Origin: Hormiphora californensis
Taxonomy: Eukaryota > Animalia > Ctenophora
Length of the DNA stretch: 64,000 bases
Direction of reading: 5' to 3'
Assembly: GCA_020137815.1 (NCBI GenBank)
Contig: CM035354.1
Location: forward strand, 5,890,001 to 5,954,000
The stretch's first letter is position 1, and each line of letters begins with the position of its first letter. Position numbers and translations under genes: made by a program. The notes below the pieces were generated by a model. It searched no databases, was not told the DNA's origin, and saw nothing but the letters and a program-made list of their open reading frames with translations. Positions 38,244-47,315 of this stretch are shown here, one piece after another.

Positions 38244-40655
38244 CTACTGCTGTCCACCCTCTTGTAGTTGTTGGGTGGAAGGAGTGACCCAGACAGTGGT
38301 AAACCAGGCGGGGGTCAAGTTGAGGGGGGACGGAACTGGAGACTGGGGCAGGTAGAATGTCTGCTGTTGCTGGTAGTACATGGGGGACTGAGGGTGGTAG
38401 ATGTTGAATGGTGAGAGGGGTGGCAGGTAGGTGGTGGGGCTACCAAGGTGGCCTACAGCTCCTCCAGGACTGCCGAGAGGTAGGAGTGTTGGGGGTACAA
38501 CAGGATGATTGGGGGTTGTTGGAGTTTGTGGTGGACTGAAACAGGACCCGGGTGCCTCCTGAGAAAGAAAAAAGGGTTACTGATGTAGAAAAAACACGTT
38601 ATCAGCGTCTGTCAGCAGTGACGCATCATTTTAAAATCTCCGCACAAACGACTAGCACAAATAGACCAACATGCAAAGAATTGCTTGCTGCTCAGTTTGT
38701 TTTTATGTTAGCGACTTGAAACAAAGTACATCGTTTAATTTAATTGTCTATGTCTAGGTCAAAACTAGACGAAAAATGAAGAAAGAAGAAACTCAAAAAC
38801 ACGTCTTTTCGACCAAATATTTTGGAATCGCCATAGCTCTGGAACTAGGGCTGATCTCAAAAATCGGCGAGGAACGGAGATTTTAAAATGATGCGACACT
38901 GCAGCTGACAGACCCTGGTTATAACTGGATAAGAGGTCAAAAATATCAGGTTATTCAAATCATGGTCTCACCACAGAGGAGGGAAGTCGGAGTTCTCGGT
39001 AGTTTTTCCGGTAGCTGAAGGACTGGGCATTTGGGTTCTTCCTGGGTGCGTGCCGGTCCATCTTGACGTGAACCTGTAGATACATTGTCAGAGATGAGAG
39101 GGAAGAGAGGGGGATTAATGTTGATAGGCTACAATGGTCTCTAATACCCCAGGCCATGTAGATATTACCACAATTTGAATTACCTGGGGCTGTTTATCCA
39201 GGACAAGCCCATTAATGTACAGAGCATCCGGCCTCGCCCGTGACTTATCTCCCTTGATCTATATGTTATTGGTGGCAGGGACGAATTAGAGTAGACTCTC
39301 GTAGAGGAGCTGATGTGTAGAGACTAAGGGAATCCGTGAATAACATGTAGAATCAGTAGAGATCTAGTAGATTTAGTAGAGATGTAAGAGATCAGGATCA
39401 TACCGTGATTGGACGTATGGATAGAAGCCTGTATTTTTTTATACTTGTAGTCAAGTGTAGATCCACAATACTAATCCAGAAACCCTAACCCTAAATATGT
39501 AAATACCCATATCTAATGCCCGGAGAACCGCGTCATTTAACACATCTCTAACCACCCCTGGGCTACCCGGATGCAAGTAGAGAAGTGCATCTCACAACGG
39601 GGGGAGCCAACATTTGCAAAACTAATAATAGTGAATTTCCTGGGGCTTATTTATCAGCCTCAAAACGGGGGCGATCTGTCTACTGAATTACTCCTGTAGG
39701 AGACAAATATTTGGGTAGGCAGGACGTACTCTATGAGTAGACTCTACTCTAGAGTAGCTCTGATCTAGTAGAGATCTAGTAGAGATCTAGTAGAGATGAA
39801 GTAGAGATGAAGTAGAGATCTAGTAGAGATCAGTAGAGATCTAGTAGAGATCTAGAAGAGATCAGTAGAGATCTAGTATAGATCTAGTAGAGATCTAGTA
39901 GAGATCAGTAGAGATCTAGTAGAGATCTAGTAGAGATCTAGTAGAGATCTAGTAGAGATCTAGTAGAGATCTAGTAGAGATCAGTAGAGATCAGTGATCT
40001 ACCGTTATATTGGAGCTATGAAATAGAACACCGTGTTTTTACCTTGTATGATAGAAGCTGTTCCGCATCCCTGTCTGTTTTAAAGTCGACAAACCCGTAA
40101 CCCTTAGAATAGTTGTAGATATCCCTGATTATCTTAATGTCCTCCGGATAGAACCCGTGTCTATTTAAACACATCTCTAACTCACTCTCGTGGGTCTGCA
40201 GCAGGGGAAATGAGTAAGGAGAAAGTGAATTCTACAACAAGGGGGGAGCCAAACTTTTAACTCAACAAAGCCAAACAGTAAAAGTAGTTCGGAACGATGC
40301 CGTGGTGCTGATCTCCTATTTCTCATGGCGTTCAGCAACGGTCATTATCATGTCCACTTACCGTAGTGTGCAGGTTGCCGACAAACACACGGTTGGAGTA
40401 GCGGATCCCAGACTTGCAGTTACTGTTCCCTGATTCTCTAAATCGAGGGGGCGTGTCCTGAAACGGGTAGGTGTTAGGATGTACTGTATTACTGAATAAT
40501 AAATGAATATTTTTAGACTCCGCAATAATTGAAACCTAACTAAATTATTTAGCAAATAGGGAAACACGGGGATGGCAAACAAATCGCGGAATCAGAAAGT
40601 TAGTTGATAACTTAACTACAATTTATTTATGGCTTACCTGGTTAAAACGATTCAT
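38244..40655 (-). CDS. Single-RRM RNA-binding protein, Boule/DAZ-like, with a P/Q/Y-rich tail
   Basis: Six phase-0 exons: MNRFNQ|DTPP..GIRYSNRVFVGNLHTT|THESELEMCLNRHGFYPEDIKIIRDIYNYSKGYGFVDFKTDRDAEQLLSYK|IKG..QPQ|VHVKMDRHAPRK..|EAPG..YHPQSPMYYQQQQTFY. Confidence 0.75.
38603..38917. mobile_element. MITE in the last intron of the RRM gene
   Basis: TIRs of about 40 bp (cagcgtctgtcagc..cattttaaaatctccg / cggagattttaaaatg..gctgacagaccctg), flanked by a gttat direct repeat. Confidence 0.75.
39760..39995. repeat. (tagtagagatc)n 11-bp minisatellite
   Basis: About 21 copies with 10/11-bp variants. Confidence 0.95.
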
Positions 40656-40926
40656 TTCAATCAAAATCAAATTAAACAAATAACAATTACAGAAGTCCAG
40701 TCCTACAGTGCAGAAACTTTGACGGGAGTTGGAATTTGAATGTGCGACACAGTTCTGCAATAAATTTGGCGCCAAAACACTTGCTCCAGATGCCTCCGCA
40801 AACAATTGGAGGGTGCAACAGTCAATCAAACGCGCAATGATATTTAAATATTCTGCTTTAAAACGCGGACGCAAAACTTTTAATTTCTACGATGCCTTTT
40901 GCGCCGCGCATCGGTGTGGTAGCAAT

Positions 40927-41104
40927 TTTTTCCCTGCCCGGGTGGATGCCGAAGGGCATCCACCCGGATGATCGTTTTAGCACGTGTGCTAAAAAGATCA
41001 TAAAGGGTTTAGAAATCTCGGATTTGAAATAGTAACTCGAGCGTGGTCAAAATCGCGTGTGTCACGGTAGCAGCATAGTAACTGCTCCTTCATAAAATCA
41101 AATA
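40927..41104. mobile_element. Non-autonomous Helentron/DINE-1-like element copy 1, interrupted by a retro-insertion
   Basis: ttttccctg followed by two hairpins (ccgggtggatgcc..ggcatccacccgg; ttttagcacgtgtgctaaaa) and ctgctccttcataaaa, all shared with copy 2 at 42356. Confidence 0.6.
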
Positions 41105-41148
41105 ACTGTTCAAACTTTTTAACACTACTTTAAACAAATTAATTTGAG
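41105..41148 (+). other. Ctenophore-type spliced-leader (SL) exon sequence fused to the head of a retro-insertion
   Basis: actgttcaaactttttaacactactttaaacaaattaatttgag matches my recollection of the ctenophore SL (..CACTACTTTAAACAAATTAATTTGAG). It is followed by tttt rather than a GT donor, so it is not an SL RNA gene. Confidence 0.75.
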
Positions 41149-41194
41149 TTTTAGGATAAAGCTGATGTAACAGCCCACGAGGGGCAGAAAGAAA

Positions 41195-42214
41195 ATGGTA
41201 AATACGGATAATGAAGAAGAAGCAACTCCTCGGATTTACCTGGTAGCTCATCCTGGGAAACCGGCTACTGATATTGATAGGAGGAATGTTAACGACTGCC
41301 AACATGATACAGTATATTGGGTAAAAGAATTGTTGTCGGAGTGTTCAGGGTTTGGATACAGTAACCCAGAGTTAGTGAGATATGGAACTGGTCCTCCACC
41401 AAGGGCTACCTGGGATGATTTGGAGGTTCCGTCTACGAGCAAGCTTAATACGCTGTCGAAGAAAAAGCTGCTAGATTTTACTAAGAGGGCGTGTGGTATT
41501 TTGCTTGAACAGACATTCCCACTTATTCAAAAGTTGCGTGACAAGGGTTGTGAAAGTATGATGGTTAGAGAGTGCGAAGAGGAGCTCAGACAGCAAGGAA
41601 AGGAGCTAATTAAAGCTCAACGAGACCTAGTAGCGGCGCAAGAGGAACTACTCAATATCCAGAGGCAGTTGCTTGAAAAGAGGGAGGTTGAGATTACAGC
41701 TGTGCAGTCAACGGCACAGCAAGAACTGAAGAGCTTCTCCTCCGTTTTGAAGGAAGAATGTGCCTCGGCGCTGGCGCCAAAGAAAATTCAATCAGCGATT
41801 GTGGCAGCCTCTGAGGACCGTGGGTGTAACATCATCATCCATGGCCTGGAAGAGTCAATAAATAGTAGCGTTGAGCTTGAAACTCAAGTAGAGTCTCTTC
41901 TTGTTGAGCTAGGAGAGACTCAGAACGTGAAATCAGTGGAGCGCTTGGGAAGGCAGTCTTTAACTGTCAGACCAGTGAAAGTCGTACTGAAGAGCAGAGA
42001 CGCTCAGATGTCGATCCTGTCGAAAAAATCCCGACTAAAAAGGACCGGCAAGTTCGATAAAGTCTTCATTTCGCCTGGCAGGACTTTGGAGGAACGAAAT
42101 GAGAGAAGACAGCTTGTTGATCGACTGAAGAAAATGGTGCAAAGGTCTCCTGAAAAACATTACTTCATTCGTGGGAAGGAGGTGGTGGAAGCACCAGGGA
42201 CCACTGAGAATTGA
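41195..42214 (+). CDS. LINE ORF1p-like protein (coiled coil plus RRM-like/C-terminal domain), intronless, no ORF2
   Basis: Intact 339-aa ORF with a heptad-rich middle and EDRGCNIIIHGLEE..VERLG..RPVKVVL..KVFISPGRTLEERNERRQL; (tttcaag)n tail at 42302-42335. Confidence 0.75.
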   Translation: MVNTDNEEEATPRIYLVAHPGKPATDIDRRNVNDCQHDTVYWVKELLSECSGFGYSNPELVRYGTGPPPRATWDDLEVPSTSKLNTLSKKKLLDFTKRACGILLEQTFPLIQKLRDKGCESMMVRECEEELRQQGKELIKAQRDLVAAQEELLNIQRQLLEKREVEITAVQSTAQQELKSFSSVLKEECASALAPKKIQSAIVAASEDRGCNIIIHGLEESINSSVELETQVESLLVELGETQNVKSVERLGRQSLTVRPVKVVLKSRDAQMSILSKKSRLKRTGKFDKVFISPGRTLEERNERRQLVDRLKKMVQRSPEKHYFIRGKEVVEAPGTTEN

Positions 42215-42355
42215 AATTAAATTTGTTGAGTTTAGAAGTGATGAGCGAGGAAAGGACAGTTGAGTTGAAAGGTGGTCATTTGTTTGATAGCCTCAATTAT
42301 TTTTCAAGTTTCAAGTTTCAAGTTTCAAGTTTCAAATATGATGTCAGGACGCTTA

Positions 42356-43195
42356 TTTTTTCCCTGACCGGGTGAATGCCGAAGGCATTCACCCGGATGA
42401 TCTTTTTAGCACGCACGTGCTAAAAAGATCATTCAGGGTTTAGAAATCAGCAGATCGTGGAGTTAACTAAAAGTGTCCGTCCCAGGGGCGAAGCAAGGCT
42501 GAGTCCAGTGGGTCCAGGACCCACTTTTTGGACGAGAGAGGAGAAGAAAATGAGAAAACTTGCTAAAAAGTGAAAATATCGGCAAAAACAACCAAAAAAA
42601 AGTGAAAAAATGAACCGATTTTCAATTGAAAAAGCGAATGCGCGCAAGAAAAAATTATGCGGCAGCGCTGGGTCCGGACCCACCTCGCGCGTTACATTTT
42701 CTGCAGCGCTGGACCCAAAATTTTTTTCGTGAATGAACGCCGCGCACCGCCCCTGGTCCGTCCGTCCGTCCACCGTTACACTTAGTAATAAAGTCTGCTC
42801 CTTCATAAAACTTTCAGCTCACACTTTGATGATGCAACAAAGGAAATGATTAACACGCACTGTGGCGCGCAATTACTCACTCGTAACACTTGCTACTTTC
42901 ACCTGAAATCACTTTGGGTACCCATACAGCCGTACCATGACGTTTTAGCAAGTCTTCTAAGCATGAAACTACTATCACTCAATAAGTGACTGGAGTTAAC
43001 TTAAGGGTAAAGTTGAAGCACTTGGTAACCAACTAGGTTCTCCTAAGCAACTGTCTTGGTTATCATAGCAACTGCCTTGGTTACCATAGCAACTGCTTTG
43101 ATTACCATAGCAACCACCCTGGATACCATAGCAACTAACATCGTATCAGCCAAAAATTGCTCTTTGAGTGCAAAATTCATCGGGAAATCCAGTTT
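42356..43195. mobile_element. Non-autonomous Helentron/DINE-1-like element copy 2
   Basis: Same double-hairpin head as 40927, a (gtcc)n microsatellite, ctgctccttcataaaa and a tandem ggttaccatagcaac array at 43058-43135. The right end is approximate. Confidence 0.6.
42483..42755. mobile_element. hAT-type MITE
   Basis: caggggcg..cgcccctg termini with an 8-bp flanking duplication gtccgtcc (42475-42482 / 42756-42763), within a gtcc repeat. Confidence 0.7.
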
Positions 43196-43802
43196 TGAAG
43201 CTTAGTCATCAATTTTACACCCATCTGGGGCAGGGAAACACCGCATTATGAATACATAATGCAATAATTCTTGTTCAAAGCTGTGCGCGGCGCTCACAAC
43301 ACTGTTGCTGAAGGGGTGAGGGTAGAGTAAAACAGCTGTGTAACTGCATACATACAGGACGCATGCATCTCACATTGTGACCAAGCCTTGATATTGTGAT
43401 ACTGATAGTGTGATACTGATCCTGTCGACGGAGGGCAGGGAAACACCGCATTATGAATACATAATGCAATAATTCTTGTTCCGAAGAAATTTTCCGTCGC
43501 GGTTTTCGGTTTTTGAATTTTTTTTGACCACTTTTTAAATTTTTTGAGTCGTGTTTCTTTAAAGGCGCTGCCTTACCACCGAACCGCCGCTGTATCATAT
43601 GCCAGCCGTGTTTATTACGTTACCCGCCTCCCAAGAAGCATACAGCATCACATAAGCTATTGTAAACATTCGTCCAGGGCAGCCTGCGCCCAGCGCCCTG
43701 CAGTGGCAACTGGCAATCCCGGATCCGCTCACCGCTGTGATTGCCATGTCCCCAACTATCCCATACTCCTCTCATTCAGTTTTGTTTCTCATAGTACTCT
43801 CC

Positions 43803-44046
43803 TCGGTGTTTCTTTCCCCCGACCTAACACCGGAGGAACAGCGAGAACGGAAAACTCTCGTTGATACAGTGAAAGGACTGATGCGAGACAATCCGAATGG
43901 ACGATATTGGGTTAGCAGGGGGGTAATTAAATGTGGCTGACTTCTAATCAGTGACATGTGCACTGAAGAGACTTCTAATGGGACTTATTAATGGCTATCC
44001 GTTTTGCCCACAAAAAAGGGGCAGTATATGTAATGTATACATTTTA

Positions 44047-44079
<33 letters not shown>
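43803..44079 (+). mobile_element. 5'-truncated copy of another ORF1-like element ending in (taa)n
   Basis: SVFLSPDLTPEEQRERKTLVDTVKGLMRDNPNGRYWVSRGVI* is homologous to the C-terminus of the 41195 ORF. A UTR of about 110 bp follows, then (taa)n at 44052-44079. Confidence 0.65.
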
Positions 44080-44240
44080 GTACTCTTCGCCGATTGTTAC
44101 TTTCGATTTTTAAATTCCGATCAGCTGATTTACGATTAGTGTTCGCACAAACGGAATTTAAATTATAAAGAAAATTATTTAAATACAATTATTGTATTTT
44201 TATAATCAACTTCACATTATAAAGAATAGTAAAGAGTGTT

Positions 44241-46064
44241 ATGACATACTTGACTTTGGGGAACTTTGGATTATTCCTCTTCTTTCTCTACCTGGCAAAC
44301 TCCTTCAACGTTTTCTATACACTTTACTACCCAAAACTTTGTACCGAGGACTCAATATCATGCCTGTCGCCACAGTTTCCACCCGAAGGGAAATATGATC
44401 TTTATCTGTATGCCACAAAGACTCAAGGAACTGTCAACAGAGACGGTTTAATTTTCAAGAAAGAGGGCGTATCTCTTACCGATTCACTGGAAGAGGACAT
44501 CCAGGTCACTTTAGAAAGGGGCTTTACTAAAAATGTAACAATTTATGGTCAGGTTCTAGTGGTTAAATCAGGTGCTGATCCCCTTTCTCGGTCTACTGTT
44601 TCTGCCAACTACCTAACTACACTGACATCCCTCAAGAGACCGGATTCAAAGAAAGTGAACCTGCTTGATGGTATATCTGTAATAGATAACTCGACTATAA
44701 TCTCGCACTGGCGGCCCCGGCTCATAGTTCATATATTGGATCCTGATATAAAGTTTGACAGCGGTGATTTTCCCATGGAGTTCAGACGGGTCATGGATAG
44801 AAAGAGTCTAACTTATCGGCCTGTCCTCTACGTTGATCAGCTGAGTCTGACTAGACGATACGATGTTCCAATCACATCAGAGAGGGTAAATCTAACAATC
44901 AGTTTCTCACCCATCACCATTGGAAAAATGAGGATATGGTTACAATTTGAGGAGGCTTTAAACAACTTGAGAGCTCTTGGTTTTGGTGAGGACGATGTGG
45001 ACGAGGTTAAGGGAATCTTCTCTGACACGAACATGTACTTCCTGACCCTCACATTCATTGTATCGGTCTTCCATCTTCTGTTCGACTTCCTAGCCTTCAA
45101 AAACGATATCTCCTTCTGGAAAAAGAGGAAGAGCACGGTCGGGTTGAGTACTAGAGGTGTGGTGTGGAGGGCGGTTAGTCAGATAATTGTATTCCTGTAT
45201 CTGTGTGAACACAAGACATCATACATTGTACTGGGACCTGCTGGAGTTGGGATGATTATAGAAATGTGGAAGGTCAGCAAGAGTCTCAAGTTCTCTCTTG
45301 CTGGAGGGAAGGTGACATTTGGGGAGAAGAGTGAGGAAGAGAAGCTGTCGGAAGAGATTGATAAGGAGGCGATGAGATATCTTCAGTGGCTTGTGTACCC
45401 ATTGCTGTTTGGCGGTGCTCTATACTCTCTCTTTTATATGCCTCAACGCAGCTGGTAAGTTAACACATACAGGCATTCCTATTGACTATTACACAGTTGA
45501 GTGCTTTCAGATGCACTGTTTACTTTAACATATTTTGGCAATGGCATATTGAACATTTTATGTCCATCTCTCCACTCTAACCTCTCTTTCTCTTTATCCT
45601 CCCTGACCCCTCTTTCTCTCTCTTTCTCTATCTCTTTCCTCCAGTTCCACTCTGACCCCTTTCTCTCTTTCTTCAGGTATAGCTGGGTTATTAACACCCT
45701 CGTGAACGGGGTTTACTGTTTCGGATTCCTCTTCATGACACCCCAGCTCTTCCTAAACTACCGCCTCAAATCTGTGGCCCATCTCCCCTGGAGAGCGTTC
45801 ATGTACAAGGCATTCAACACGTTTATTGATGATGTCTTCGCATTTATCATCACCATGCCAACCGCTCATCGGATAGCCTGTTTCCGGGACGATATTATAT
45901 TCCTGATATATCTCTACCAGAGATGGCTGTATCCCGTGGACAAGAAACGGGTTAATGAGTTCGGTCAGGTATTTGAGGATGAGGCGATTGAGGGAAGTGC
46001 TATTGAGGATGTGAAGAAGGATGGTAGTTTAGAGATTTCTGAAACTGAAAAGAAGAATCAGTAG
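44241..46064 (+). CDS. CLPTM1L: CLPTM1-like protein (lipid scramblase family)
   Basis: Exons 44241-45454 and 45677-46064. DEVKGIFSDTNMYFL..FDFLAFKNDISFWK..PQLFLNYRLKSVAHLPWRAFMYKAFNTFIDDVFAFIITMPTAHRIACFRDD..YQRWLYPVDKKRVNEFG. Confidence 0.95.
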
Positions 46065-46301
46065 ATATTTGGGAACAAAGCTGATCTTTCTTTATTTGTT
46101 TTGGTTCTTGTTATGGTTGTTAAGATGGGATCTCGATAGGTTTCATACACGACAATTTGTTATGTTGGGTTTTAATCATCTTATTTATTATTGATTTTGC
46201 TATCCCGTTTAAAAAATTGCTTTCCAAAATCAATCCCCTCCTTCTTATATTTCCAATCCCCGACAAATCACCACAAAACCCTACATTATAGTACACACGA
46301 G

Positions 46302-47237
46302 ATGGCTGACGATGAGGTTGCCGCCATTACAGAGAATATGGTGAAGCAGTCGCCCAAGATGGTCCGTCCTGCATCCCCAATAGTTGATATCTATGGAGAC
46401 GAGGAGGAGAGTTATGATGTCGGAGGAGCTATAAATGTGAGTAGACGACGTGATTTACTAATTGAGGTGTTACATCTATGAATGTGGTTGGTTCCAGAAT
46501 TACTGATCAATGGTTTCTTGTGACAGACACAGTTTGGTAATAAAAGCTAGTCTTTCCCTTGCCGTTTGCAGTGTTTATGTTCAAAACAGAGAGGGGTGTG
46601 TAAGGGATATCACATTTCCACAATGATACCAGCTTGGCTGATTTCCAAATATTATAACGTGTCTCTCACTTTTCTCTTGGTACCACAAACAACAAACACA
46701 AATTACAAATACTTAAATTTACTTCCGGCAGCAATCCCCACACTTTTTCCAATTCACATCCCCCTTTCTAACCCCACCCAATTCACATGTCCCCTTCGTA
46801 ATACCCAAAAATTTTCCTAATCCCCTGGCCCTATTTTTACAGGTGGACATGCAGTCTCCCCCACACTCACCCAGCAACATGAGACACGATAGTTTCTTCA
46901 ACGAAAACACAGCAATGGCGGAAACTACTGAGTGTAAGTTTGGTGTGGCTTTGACATAACAAACCACAAACTGTATATATTTTGATTTTCCTAATTCCAC
47001 TGATCGTTATCCCGTCTTTTGTTTTCCTCCCACCGATTTGCTGCTTGAAGTCTCCCCATTTGCATTCATAATGATGGTCCTCCTGTGCGGGTCTGTCTGA
47101 GGTTAATCGTTTCGGGGGAGATCACTGCGTAATTTAGAGGCGGGATCGTGCAGCACCAAACTCTCCTGTCGTGTGTGTAGTTAGTGGTGTAATGCTAGCT
47201 TGGTATGGAGATAGAGAGGGGAGAGAGAGATAGAGAG

Positions 47238-47315
<78 letters not shown>

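Noticed and set aside
41105-41200. SL RNA gene
   Set aside because: There is no GT donor after the leader, and it runs into a UTR and ORF as in a processed transcript
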